DNA of 32,000 nt from Methanothermus fervidus DSM 2088. GTDB lineage: Archaea > Methanobacteriota > Methanobacteria > DSM-2088 > Methanothermaceae. This document shows, piece by piece, positions 20,328 to 28,906 of the stretch. Within the stretch, counting starts at the first letter, position 1; every line of letters starts with the position of its first letter. Location of the stretch: NCBI GenBank assembly GCA_000166095.1, contig CP002278.1, positions 1,140,001-1,172,000 on the forward strand. Reading direction: 5' to 3'. A program made the translations under genes and the position numbers. Under the pieces are notes generated by a model. The model was not told where the DNA came from. It did not search any database and saw nothing but the letters and a program-made list of their open reading frames with translations.

Positions 20328-20515
20328 GGAAAACTTACTTGGGGTATATCTCTATATGAAATAGTCCCGAGTAGAGGTTTTCTCTCAGGCAGGCTATCAG
20401 GACTGTTCCTCCTATTTTAGAATCCTACACGCTGATATATAATCCTCTAACTTATTTCCATAGTTTAATCCTGACGTGGATTAACTTTCCCAAATACAGC
20501 TTTTTCAGCTTTTAT
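20328..20515 (-). ncRNA. Unassigned structured RNA candidate between convergent genes
   Basis: No ORF. On the minus strand it starts ...GGGAAAGTTA and ends TAAGTTTTCCC, giving a closing helix. Internal hairpins: AATCC-ACGTCA-GGATT, TTAGA...TCTAA, AGTCC...GGACT, TATTTC-ATATA-GAGATA. TATA-like TATTTATAAT lies just upstream on the same strand. Confidence 0.4.
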
Positions 20516-20533
20516 TAGTAAGTGAAGAAATTT

Positions 20534-20543
20534 ATTATAAATA
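20534..20543 (-). promoter_or_regulatory. Possible box A (TATTTATAAT) for a minus-strand transcript from the intergenic region
   Basis: Minus-strand sequence AAAAGTATTTATAATAAATT downstream of the stop codon at 20584, at the right distance for a start near 20510-20515. Confidence 0.35.
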
Positions 20544-20583
20544 CTTTTCAACTCTCTTTACATAGATACTTCCAGTAATAGAG

Positions 20584-21249
20584 TTAAAATTTCTTACCTT
20601 CAACTCTTTTAATATCAAAACTTGCTGTATCGGCTACTGCCATTACTGCCATCACGCCTGCCTGAATAGGATCTGTTACAACAAGATCGGCTTTTTTTGT
20701 AACGCTTCCTGGCATGCTAAGTGTTATAACAATTATTCCATGTTCTTTTTTAATCTTTTCAACAGCTTTAGTTATTTTACCACCCATCAATGACCCTGCT
20801 AAGACAAGCGCAGCTACGCGGGGAAGTCTACCTACAGCTAGAACTGCTTCAGCTAATTCCTCTTCACCAACCAAAGGTATTGTATCAACACTTATTCTTT
20901 CTCCACGGATATTATGTCTGTCAGCTTCACTGATTGCACCTGCTGCAACCTGAGCTACTTGAGCTCCACCACCAATTACTATAACTCTTTTTCCATAAAT
21001 TTCATCCAACGAGCGATGCTTTGTAACATCTAAAACAACTTCAGATTCCTTAAGCTCATTTATAAGTTTATCAGGATCTGTAACGTTTTCCAATTCTAAA
21101 TATATTTTCCCATGTTTGTTTTTTAATACATGAATGTTTGCATATGTGATATTTATACCATTTTTCACTAGTATTTCAGTTATTTTATTCAAGACTCCTG
21201 GCCGATCAACTGTTTTAACCGTAATTGCAAGATTCTTCATACTTATCAC
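20584..21249 (-). CDS. ACT domain-containing protein (DUF5612-like), probable amino-acid-responsive regulator
   Basis: N-terminal ACT domain [38 protein letters not shown]; conserved archaeal C-terminus [49 protein letters not shown]. Confidence 0.8.
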   Translation of the reverse strand: MISMKNLAITVKTVDRPGVLNKITEILVKNGINITYANIHVLKNKHGKIYLELENVTDPDKLINELKESEVVLDVTKHRSLDEIYGKRVIVIGGGAQVAQVAAGAISEADRHNIRGERISVDTIPLVGEEELAEAVLAVGRLPRVAALVLAGSLMGGKITKAVEKIKKEHGIIVITLSMPGSVTKKADLVVTDPIQAGVMAVMAVADTASFDIKRVEGKKF

Positions 21250-21258
21250 TTCTTCTAT

Positions 21259-23628
21259 TTAACTTGGACAAGTTGTATCTGTACATGCACCTGCATATTC
21301 TGATTTTGCTACTATATATCGATCTGCATTTAATTTTAGCACCTGTTCTCGTTTACTACCGTATCTATAAACGGTTATACCTTTACATCCTAATTTGTAG
21401 GCAGTCAAGAAAACTCTTTCAACGTCTTTTGGCTTAGCATCTTTGGGGAGATTAACAGTCTTTGATACTGCATTATCCACATACTTTTGAAATGCTGCCT
21501 GCATTTTAACATGCCAAATTGGATCAATATCATGACTTGTAACAAATAAACGCCTAATATCCTCTGGTATTTCATCAAAATCCTGTATAGATCCTTTCTT
21601 TGCAATTTTTTTCATTAAATCCAATGAATAAAAGCCTCTTTCTTTTGCAATTTTTTCAAATAATGGATGAATTTCAAGAAGTACAGTGCCTTCCATGACT
21701 TCTCTTATAAATGCTATTGCAAATATTGGTTCTATACTACTACTAACGTTTGCTATTATACTTAAGGTTCCTGTAGGTGCAATTGTAGTTGTAGTTGCAT
21801 TTCTCATGTGTTCATACCCTTCTTTTTCCCACTTACTACCTTTAAATGAGGGAAATGATCCTCTTTCTTCACCAAGTTCTACAGATTTTTTTCTAGCTTC
21901 CTTACTTATAAAATTCATGAGTTTTTCTGCAATTTGAAGAGCTTTTGGAGAATCGTATGGAATTCCTAATTTTATAAGCATGTCTGCAAATCCCATAACC
22001 CCTAAACCAACTTTACGTGTCTTTTTTGTCATTTTTTCAATTTCTTTAGTTGGATATTTATTTACATCAATTACATTGTCTAAAAAATGAATTGCAATCC
22101 TTGTAATTCTTCTAAGTTTTTTCCAATCTATTTTTTTATTTTTTACAATTTTAGTAAGATTTATAGATCCTAAATTACAGGATTCATATGGTAATAATGG
22201 TTGTTCGCCACAATTATGCACATAAAAACCATTTGCATCAAAAGCATTTATTCCAGGTATTTGCGTATCATACACAGTTTCAATTCCATCAAATTCTATT
22301 TTTTTAACAGTTGATGTAAATTCTGTATTATCATCTTCTATAATTAATTTTTCTTTTTTAATTTTTGAAAACACTCCTAATCTAAGTAACATACGTTGTA
22401 ATATCTTCAATTTTTCATAGTTGAGATCATCATAATCTAGCTTATTGATAAATTCTAAATAAGATTTTTTCGATGCTATTTCAGCTTCTTCATCTAAACA
22501 TGAAATATTTTTTGATATTCCTTTCCAATTATAACCTCTGTGATTGTTCATAACTAGTTTGTCACCAGGTTTTAATTCATGAACTCTTACCCATTCAAAC
22601 CCATTTTTATTCTTTTTTAAAACCATATGATCCTCAGTTGCACGTAGTTCAAATCCTTCTTTTGTAATAATTTTATAAACAGGTTTAACACCTGTTGGGA
22701 AAAATCCAGTTTCAGATATATATTCTTTTCCATTTACAACAGCTATAAATTTGGTATTTATTAGATTTTTAACTTTTCTAGGGCCTTTTGATGTCATAAC
22801 CCAAGTATCTGCAGTGACACAAGGGTTCGTAGCTTCTATTTTTCCCAAATGTGGTGTTGGATTATGTTTATTTATATGGTCCAGAAATATCATTCCAGGA
22901 TCTCCATGGGACCAAGCCATTTTCACTATCTTCCTAAAAATATTTCTTGCTTTAACTTTTTTTACAACTTTTTTATTCCTTGGATTTATTAATTCGTATT
23001 CTTTGTTTTTTATTACAGCGTCCATGAATTTTTCATCTGCTGCCACGGAAATGTTAAAATTAGAAAATTTTCCTTCTACTTTTTTTGATTCTATAAACTC
23101 TTCAATATCAGGATGATCATATCGAAGTACACCCATGTTTGCCCCGCGTCTTCTACCACCTTGTTTTATAACATCTGTTGCTACATCAAATATTCTCATA
23201 AAAGATACAGGTCCTGAAGCTACTCCCCCAGTAGATGCAACTACATCTCCCTTTGGTCTTAATTTAGAAAAAGAAAATCCTACACCGCCTCCAGATTTAT
23301 GAATTAATGCCATGTATTTCAATGCATCAAATATTTCTTCAATAGAATCTCCAACAGGCAATACAAAACAAGCAGATAATTGACCTATTGCCGTTCCAGC
23401 ATTCATAAGCGTTGGTGAATTAGGTAAAAATTCAAAATTTTTCATTATATTATAAAATTTTTCTTCAGTTTCTGAAATATCTTTTTCACCATATATGGTG
23501 TCAGCTTTAGCTACATGGTGAGCTACTCTTCTAAACATTTCTTTAGGAGTCTCTATTACTTCCCCTTTTTCGTTCCGCCGTAAATATCTCCTTTTTAAAA
23601 CTTCTAATGCATTTTTACTTAGTTTCAT
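21259..23628 (-). CDS. nrdJ: Adenosylcobalamin-dependent (class II) ribonucleoside-diphosphate reductase, intein-containing precursor
   Basis: Exteins: [70 protein letters not shown] | [46 protein letters not shown]. 789 aa total, 586 aa after intein removal. Confidence 0.94.
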   Translation of the reverse strand: MKLSKNALEVLKRRYLRRNEKGEVIETPKEMFRRVAHHVAKADTIYGEKDISETEEKFYNIMKNFEFLPNSPTLMNAGTAIGQLSACFVLPVGDSIEEIFDALKYMALIHKSGGGVGFSFSKLRPKGDVVASTGGVASGPVSFMRIFDVATDVIKQGGRRRGANMGVLRYDHPDIEEFIESKKVEGKFSNFNISVAADEKFMDAVIKNKEYELINPRNKKVVKKVKARNIFRKIVKMAWSHGDPGMIFLDHINKHNPTPHLGKIEATNPCVTADTWVMTSKGPRKVKNLINTKFIAVVNGKEYISETGFFPTGVKPVYKIITKEGFELRATEDHMVLKKNKNGFEWVRVHELKPGDKLVMNNHRGYNWKGISKNISCLDEEAEIASKKSYLEFINKLDYDDLNYEKLKILQRMLLRLGVFSKIKKEKLIIEDDNTEFTSTVKKIEFDGIETVYDTQIPGINAFDANGFYVHNCGEQPLLPYESCNLGSINLTKIVKNKKIDWKKLRRITRIAIHFLDNVIDVNKYPTKEIEKMTKKTRKVGLGVMGFADMLIKLGIPYDSPKALQIAEKLMNFISKEARKKSVELGEERGSFPSFKGSKWEKEGYEHMRNATTTTIAPTGTLSIIANVSSSIEPIFAIAFIREVMEGTVLLEIHPLFEKIAKERGFYSLDLMKKIAKKGSIQDFDEIPEDIRRLFVTSHDIDPIWHVKMQAAFQKYVDNAVSKTVNLPKDAKPKDVERVFLTAYKLGCKGITVYRYGSKREQVLKLNADRYIVAKSEYAGACTDTTCPS
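22213..22821 (-). mobile_element. Intein (203 aa) in nrdJ with reduced endonuclease-like middle segment
   Basis: Starts at Cys (TGT, 22819-22821): [21 protein letters not shown] (block A); [13 protein letters not shown]...[15 protein letters not shown] (block B, TxxH); [21 protein letters not shown]|C (blocks F/G). The junctions sit exactly where NrdJ homology stops and resumes. Confidence 0.95.
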
Positions 23629-24358
23629 TTTTATCCATTCTAATCAGGTGTTTTATATCATTTATAATATCATTTAAAGCAATATTTAATAATTTTCTTC
23701 CAAGTTTAGGATTTATTTTTACTCCTTCTTTCTCTACAATTTTAGCTCCCTCATCTATTTTTTTATTTAATTTTCTAGCAGATTTTAAACCAACCATGCC
23801 AATTTCTGGATATTTTTTAAAATCAATTTCATTCATTCTTTCTACATCTGCTATTCCTATAACATAGCCTAGTGAAGTTTCCCCACTACCTGCATGGGGA
23901 CCTTCTATCTCCACAATTTTATTGTTCATTACGATTTTCATACCTGTTTCTCTCTCTATTACATTTATATGTTTTTTGAGTGGTAAATTTCCTCCATGTG
24001 CATTTACAATGACAGATTTATCTATCCCAATATATTTGTTTGCTAATTTCATGATAGAAACAATATTTTCAATCAAATCTTTCACTGATACGTGTATACC
24101 ATGCTTTACATATGGATATTCTGTTGCTGGATAAACAGTGCCAATAAATTTAGCTCCTGTTTTTATACTTGCATTTAAAGCTAAATATGAAGCTATTTTG
24201 ATATCTGTATCTATTGGTAATACAGGGCCATGATTTTCAAGATATGAACCAAGTGCCAATACACCTACACTATGTACTTTAGGTGATATGATATTCCCTG
24301 CATCATAATTTAGCTTCAGCTTTGTATCCCTTTCAGCTTTTATAAATCTAGATTCCAT
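23615..24358 (-). CDS. arfB: Creatininase-family hydrolase, likely 2-amino-5-formylamino-6-ribosylaminopyrimidin-4(3H)-one 5'-monophosphate deformylase
   Basis: SVGVLALGSYLENHGPVLPIDTDIKIASYLAL, TVYPATEYPYVKHGIHVS, VIVNAHGGNLPL, EGPHAGSGETSLGYVIG: metal-binding motifs of the methanogen ArfB subgroup. Confidence 0.83.
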   Translation of the reverse strand: MESRFIKAERDTKLKLNYDAGNIISPKVHSVGVLALGSYLENHGPVLPIDTDIKIASYLALNASIKTGAKFIGTVYPATEYPYVKHGIHVSVKDLIENIVSIMKLANKYIGIDKSVIVNAHGGNLPLKKHINVIERETGMKIVMNNKIVEIEGPHAGSGETSLGYVIGIADVERMNEIDFKKYPEIGMVGLKSARKLNKKIDEGAKIVEKEGVKINPKLGRKLLNIALNDIINDIKHLIRMDKNETK

Positions 24359-24819
24359 ACCTTATCTCCTACATAATGTATGTTTTTTACGGCCCTACCA
24401 CGCTCCCTTTTTGTCATTTCATCGCCATCAATCAATGCAAACCCAATAGCTAGTGGTTTCCCATGTTTTTCATCTATTACTACTGTAATGTCTCCTTTTT
24501 TTATCTTAGAATCAGCTTTAACTATTCCGGGACACATTACGTCTGCACCATTTGATATATACTTTATAGCCCCCATATCAACAATTACTTTCTTTTTAGG
24601 TTTGATATTTGTTTTAATTATTGCCTTAAGAGTAGGGATAATTTTTTCATTGTATAATATTGCAAAAGGCTCTTTATTCACCAAAATTAATGGAAATTCA
24701 GTGGTATATGCTATCTCGACATTTGAATCTTCTGAAATTATTTCTGAGTATTCATCTAGCTTATCTTTAATTTTTTTTATTTCCTTCTTCTTAAGAAAGT
24801 GTCTTTTTTTAACTTTCAT
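24340..24819 (-). CDS. PUA-domain RNA-binding protein (MCT-1-like, DUF1947 N-terminus)
   Basis: KKRHFLKKKEIKKIKDKL; PUA core KKKVIVDMGAIKYISNGADVMCPGIVKADSKIKKGDITVVIDEKHGKPLAIGFAL. Confidence 0.87.
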   Translation of the reverse strand: MKVKKRHFLKKKEIKKIKDKLDEYSEIISEDSNVEIAYTTEFPLILVNKEPFAILYNEKIIPTLKAIIKTNIKPKKKVIVDMGAIKYISNGADVMCPGIVKADSKIKKGDITVVIDEKHGKPLAIGFALIDGDEMTKRERGRAVKNIHYVGDKVWNLDL

Positions 24820-24875
24820 TTAATTAATCAGTATTAACGAATTTAATTATAAAAATTTACGGATGGTGATGAAAA

Positions 24876-25721
24876 ATGATAACAGGGAAAACTAAGGTCG
24901 TTGGTGTAATAGGTGATCCTGTGGAACACAGTCTTTCTCCAGTCATGCACAATGCAGCATTTGAATATTACGGTTTAGATTATGTATATGTACCATTTCA
25001 TGTGAAAAAGGAAAATTTAAAAGATGCAATAAAAGGAAGTAAAGCATTAAATATAAAAGGTTTAAATGTAACGATACCTCACAAGAGAAATGTGATAAAA
25101 TATCTAGATTGGATTGATGACGCTGCAAAACTTATTGGTGCGATAAATACAATAAAATTTGAAGATGATGGTATTAAAGGATTTAATACTGACGGTAAAG
25201 GTGCAGTAATGGCTCTAAAAGAAGTAACAGAAATAAAAAATAAAAAAATATTAATACTGGGTGCGGGAGGAGCTGCAAGAGCTGTAGCATTCCAATTAGC
25301 ATTAGAAGGGGCTAAAAATATATGTATATTAAATAGGACTGTAGAAAAGGCTGAAGAGCTGGCAAAAGATATAAATAAAAAAACAGGTGTTAAAACAAAC
25401 AGTGGCAGCCTTGAATTAATTGAAAAAGAAATCAAAGATACTGATATATTAATTGATGCAACACCAGTTGGGATGTATCCAAACGTTAATCAGGAACCAT
25501 TAGTAAAAGCTGAAATGATGCATGAGAATTTAATTGTGAATGATCTTGTTTACAACCCAATTAAAACAACTTTACTAAAAGAAGCAGAAAAAGCAGGGGC
25601 AAAAACAATTTCTGGCGTTGAAATGTTGGTATACCAAGGTGCAGAGGCATTTAAAATATGGACTGGAATGGAAGCACCAATCGATGTTATGAGACAGTCA
25701 GTTTTAAAGGAATTAAAATGA
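24876..25721 (+). CDS. aroE: Shikimate dehydrogenase
   Basis: VGVIGDPVEHSLSPVMHNAAFEYYGLDYVYVPF, GLNVTIPHKRNVIKYLD, GAINTI, GFNTDGKGAVMAL, LGAGGAARAVAFQL. Confidence 0.95.
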   Translation: MITGKTKVVGVIGDPVEHSLSPVMHNAAFEYYGLDYVYVPFHVKKENLKDAIKGSKALNIKGLNVTIPHKRNVIKYLDWIDDAAKLIGAINTIKFEDDGIKGFNTDGKGAVMALKEVTEIKNKKILILGAGGAARAVAFQLALEGAKNICILNRTVEKAEELAKDINKKTGVKTNSGSLELIEKEIKDTDILIDATPVGMYPNVNQEPLVKAEMMHENLIVNDLVYNPIKTTLLKEAEKAGAKTISGVEMLVYQGAEAFKIWTGMEAPIDVMRQSVLKELK

Positions 25722-25736
25722 AATTGAGGTGAATAT

Positions 25737-25898
25737 ATGAAAGTTTGTGAGTGGTGTATGTATTGTGGGGAATGTGCTGGTGTTTGTCCCAATAATGCCA
25801 TAGAAGTTTGTGAGTCCTCTTTAAGATTTGACAAGAAAAAATGTAATGAATGTGAATTTTGCATAAAAGTATGTCCTATAAATGCATTGTCAAGGTGA
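25737..25898 (+). CDS. Small 2x[4Fe-4S] ferredoxin (53 aa)
   Basis: MKVCEWCMYCGECAGVCPNNAIEVCESSLRFDKKKCNECEFCIKVCPINALSR. Below the ORF track length cutoff; SD GAGGTGA just upstream. Confidence 0.93.
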   Translation: MKVCEWCMYCGECAGVCPNNAIEVCESSLRFDKKKCNECEFCIKVCPINALSR

Positions 25899-25902
25899 TC
25901 TC

Positions 25903-27084
25903 ATGTTAAAAACTGATGTTTTAGTTGTAGGAGCTGGTCCAGCTGGATCTATAGCTGCAAGAAATGCTGCAGAGAATGGTGCTGAAGTTATTTTAATAGA
26001 TAAAATGTCAGAGATAGGTACACCAAAAAGATGTGCAGAAGGAATTTCTGCTGAAGGTTTAAAAAGAGTGAATATAAAACCAAAAAAAGCTTGGATTACA
26101 AATGAAATAACAGGTGTAAGATTAGTATCCCCCAATAATACAAGTGTGTGGCTTACAGCTGACAAAGTTAAATTTCCAGAGGCGGGATATATATTAGAAA
26201 GGAAAATTTTTGATAAATATTTGGCAATGGAGGCTGCTAGATCCGGTGCTAAAATAAAAGTTAAAACAATTGCTAGAGGCATTGATAAAAAAAATGATGA
26301 TATAATAGTTCATGCCTATTGCATGGATGAAAAAATAGATATAAAAACAAAAATAGTTATTGCAGCTGATGGTCCAGAATCTAGAGTTGCTAGATGGTTT
26401 GGTTTAAAAACTCACACAAAAGTCAAAGACATGATTTCAGCTGCTCAATTTGAAATGGTTAATGTAGATATAGATGACAGTAGTTGTATAGAATTTTATT
26501 TTGGTAATGTGGCACCTGGAGGCTATGCCTGGATATTTCCAAAATCTGATGACGTAGCAAATGTTGGGCTTGGAGTTTTAAATACAAAAACTAAGAAAAG
26601 TGCATATGAACATCTTTTAAGTTTTGTTAAGGAAAATCCTGCCACCAAAAATGCTCAACCTGTAGAATTTAATGTTGGTGGAGTTCCAGTTGCAGGAATG
26701 CATAAAAATTTGGTTGCTGATGGTTTAATGGTTGTTGGAGATGCTGCCGGACAGGTTAACCCCTTAACTGGGGGAGGTCTTGTAACAGGGATGGTAGGCG
26801 GAATGCTTGCAGGAAAAGTTGCTGCAGAAGCTATAGATAAAGATGATAATTCTGAAAAAATGTTAAAGAAGTATGAAGAGTTGTGTAAAAAAGAAATCGG
26901 AGAAGAAATAGATAAATATTTAAAAGTTAAAAATTATTTATTATCTTTAAGTGATGAGGAGTTAGATTCCATTGCTGAAGCATTTAAAGATATAGAATTT
27001 GATAAAGTAAGCACACGTGAACTTGTTAAAAAATTAATAAAGGTTTCTCCAAAGGCCTTAGTTAAACTTGGAAAACTAATTTAA
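25903..27084 (+). CDS. Digeranylgeranylglycerophospholipid reductase (geranylgeranyl reductase family)
   Basis: [87 protein letters not shown]. Start at 25903 follows SD AAGGTGAT; the track start at 25882 overlaps the ferredoxin. Confidence 0.9.
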   Translation: MLKTDVLVVGAGPAGSIAARNAAENGAEVILIDKMSEIGTPKRCAEGISAEGLKRVNIKPKKAWITNEITGVRLVSPNNTSVWLTADKVKFPEAGYILERKIFDKYLAMEAARSGAKIKVKTIARGIDKKNDDIIVHAYCMDEKIDIKTKIVIAADGPESRVARWFGLKTHTKVKDMISAAQFEMVNVDIDDSSCIEFYFGNVAPGGYAWIFPKSDDVANVGLGVLNTKTKKSAYEHLLSFVKENPATKNAQPVEFNVGGVPVAGMHKNLVADGLMVVGDAAGQVNPLTGGGLVTGMVGGMLAGKVAAEAIDKDDNSEKMLKKYEELCKKEIGEEIDKYLKVKNYLLSLSDEELDSIAEAFKDIEFDKVSTRELVKKLIKVSPKALVKLGKLI

Positions 27085-27563
27085 AATTTGTATCCAATAT
27101 CTCTAAGAAATTTCTTTCGCTTTTTTATATCTTTTTCTTTTTCAACTCCAACTGGAGTATATCCATCAACAACTCCTATTATACTACGACCTTGATCTGT
27201 CTCAACTATTAATACTTGTACAGGGTTTGCAGTAGCACATAAAATATTTACTACTTCAGGCACTGTTTTTAATCTTTGAAGTATATTTATGGGATAAGCG
27301 TTTTTTAAGTAAATAATGAAGGAATGTCCTGCACCAATTTTTTCCATGTTTTTTATTGCTATCTTTTCTAACTCTTCGTCATTTCCCACATGTCTTATTA
27401 ATCTGTCTCCAGAGGCCTCTGCAAATGCTATCCCAAATTTAGCCTGAGGAACTGTATTTACAATTGCTTCATATAAATCTTCCACAGTTTTTATAAAATG
27501 ACTTTGCCCTATTATTACATTCGTTTCTTCAGGAACGTCAATATTAATTTTCTTTATCTCCAT
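27081..27563 (-). CDS. Adenosine-specific kinase family (DUF355)
   Basis: [47 protein letters not shown]...[19 protein letters not shown]...[18 protein letters not shown]. Confidence 0.88.
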   Translation of the reverse strand: MEIKKINIDVPEETNVIIGQSHFIKTVEDLYEAIVNTVPQAKFGIAFAEASGDRLIRHVGNDEELEKIAIKNMEKIGAGHSFIIYLKNAYPINILQRLKTVPEVVNILCATANPVQVLIVETDQGRSIIGVVDGYTPVGVEKEKDIKKRKKFLRDIGYKF

Positions 27564-27575
27564 GCCCTCTCCCTC

Positions 27576-27866
27576 TTAAGTTAATAACATTTTTATTGAA
27601 AGAGCCATTAATATTGTTAATGTAAGTAGAATTATAAATGATGTTTTTCTTTTCTTAGATGATAAATATAATATAACAACTATTAATGATATAAAAGTGG
27701 GAAAAGGAAGTAAATCTTTTGTAATTCTCTCAACAATTACAAAAATTAGTCCTCCTATGAAAATAGTACTCCATTCAAACGATGAATCAGTTTTAAGATA
27801 TATACCACAATATGGGCAATATTTAGCATTCCTACTTATTTTATTACCACAATTCGGACATTTCAA
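27576..27866 (-). CDS. Zinc-ribbon membrane protein of unknown function (TTG start)
   Basis: LKCPNCGNKISRNAKYCPYCGIYL plus two or more TM helices. The zinc ribbon starts at TTG (27864-27866) with GGTGA upstream; the upstream part of the track ORF shows no homology-like features and overlaps the divergent gene. Confidence 0.65.
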   Translation of the reverse strand: MKCPNCGNKISRNAKYCPYCGIYLKTDSSFEWSTIFIGGLIFVIVERITKDLLPFPTFISLIVVILYLSSKKRKTSFIILLTLTILMALSIKMLLT

Positions 27867-27897
27867 TTTTCTCACCAAAAAATTACATGGTGTAATA

Positions 27898-28899
27898 ATG
27901 AATGTCATTGATAAAATAAAAAACTTTAGGATACTTGAACTACTTGACAAAGCCAATGAAATTACATTGAAAAAACATGGAAATATAATAACTTTAGAAA
28001 GAGCAATTTTTCTTTCTTGGTGGTGTGAGAGAGGCGATTGTGCATTTTGTTATATGAGTACTCAAAAGAAAAGAATTAAAGATCCTAAAAAAGCTAGAAG
28101 AAATATATATTCAATATTAGCTGAAGCAGAAATATGTAAGAGAATAGGTTGGAATATTGAATTCCTGGCTGGAGGTTATGGCGCATTTACAACTGAAGAA
28201 ATTAAAGAAATAGCTGAAAAAATATATGAAATTACTGGAAAACCTGTTTGGTTAAATATTGGAATTACAACTGATCTTGATAAATATGGTGAAGAAGTAG
28301 AAGGAATAACTGGTGCATTAGAGACTGCTAATCTAGAACTCCACAAAAAAGTATGTCCAAGCAAGCCACAAGAAAAAATTCTTCAAATGTTAGAAAAAGC
28401 TGATGAACTTGGATTTAAAAAAGGAATAACCATAATACTTGGCATAGGTGAAAAAGTTGAAGATTTGAAATATCTTTTTGAAATAATAGAAAATTATAAA
28501 ATTGATAGAATTACATTTTATTCCCTAAATCCCCACAAAGGCACTATATTTGAGAATACTCCACAACCAGCATCCCTTTATTATGCAGGCACTGTAGCTG
28601 CAACAAGAATTACTTTTCCAAAATTAAAAATTATTTGTGGAACTTGGATTGATAACCTGGCTAACATAGGACCATTGATACTCGCAGGTGCTAATGGATT
28701 GACAAAGTTTCCATTATTTTCGATGTTTGGAAATAGATATGGGAAGAGAGTTGAAGAAGAAGTAAAGTGGTGCGGTAGAAAACTTAAAGGAACTTTCACA
28801 GATATAAGTCGTCTCACTAAAGGTAGTTGTGATAATAAAATTAAACCTTTTGTTGATAGATATATAATGAGATGTTTATCAAAAGCCAGGAGGAATTAA
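27898..28899 (+). CDS. Radical SAM protein (BioB/HydE/HmdB-like fold), C-X4-C-X2-C cluster motif
   Basis: FLSWWCERGDCAFCYMSTQKKRIKDPKKARRNIYSILAEAEICKRIGWNIEFLAGGYG; ETANLELHKKVCPSKPQEKILQMLEKADELGFKKGITIILGIGE. Start taken at ATG 27898 because the upstream part has no radical SAM-like features. Confidence 0.85.
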   Translation: MNVIDKIKNFRILELLDKANEITLKKHGNIITLERAIFLSWWCERGDCAFCYMSTQKKRIKDPKKARRNIYSILAEAEICKRIGWNIEFLAGGYGAFTTEEIKEIAEKIYEITGKPVWLNIGITTDLDKYGEEVEGITGALETANLELHKKVCPSKPQEKILQMLEKADELGFKKGITIILGIGEKVEDLKYLFEIIENYKIDRITFYSLNPHKGTIFENTPQPASLYYAGTVAATRITFPKLKIICGTWIDNLANIGPLILAGANGLTKFPLFSMFGNRYGKRVEEEVKWCGRKLKGTFTDISRLTKGSCDNKIKPFVDRYIMRCLSKARRN

Positions 28900-28906
28900 C
28901 ATTAAG

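Noticed and set aside
20470-20500. AAAGCTGaaaaAGCTG and similar short direct repeats as a CRISPR or repeat array
   Set aside because: Only two short units with no regular spacers. No CRISPR-like array exists anywhere in the window.
20328-20515. Possible RNase P RNA, SRP RNA or tRNA-with-intron in the intergenic element
   Set aside because: I could not find the conserved RNase P core (e.g. a matched ACAGAA-type block), the SRP helix 8 GGAGCAGC-type motif, or a tRNA T-loop/acceptor pair. Left as unassigned rather than named.
22213-22821. Active homing endonuclease in the intein
   Set aside because: Only a short C-terminal-like remnant is present. The space between blocks B and F is too small for a full DOD domain and no LAGLIDADG motif is seen.
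27697-27897. 67-aa N-terminal extension of the radical SAM ORF
   Set aside because: Antisense to the zinc-ribbon gene and lacks family-like sequence; ATG 27898 gives a natural N-terminus.
27867-27956. N-terminal extension of the minus-strand zinc-ribbon ORF (MALSSSSSILKFFILSM...)
   Set aside because: Low-complexity, overlaps the start of the radical SAM gene, and a TTG with a proper SD starts exactly at the zinc ribbon.
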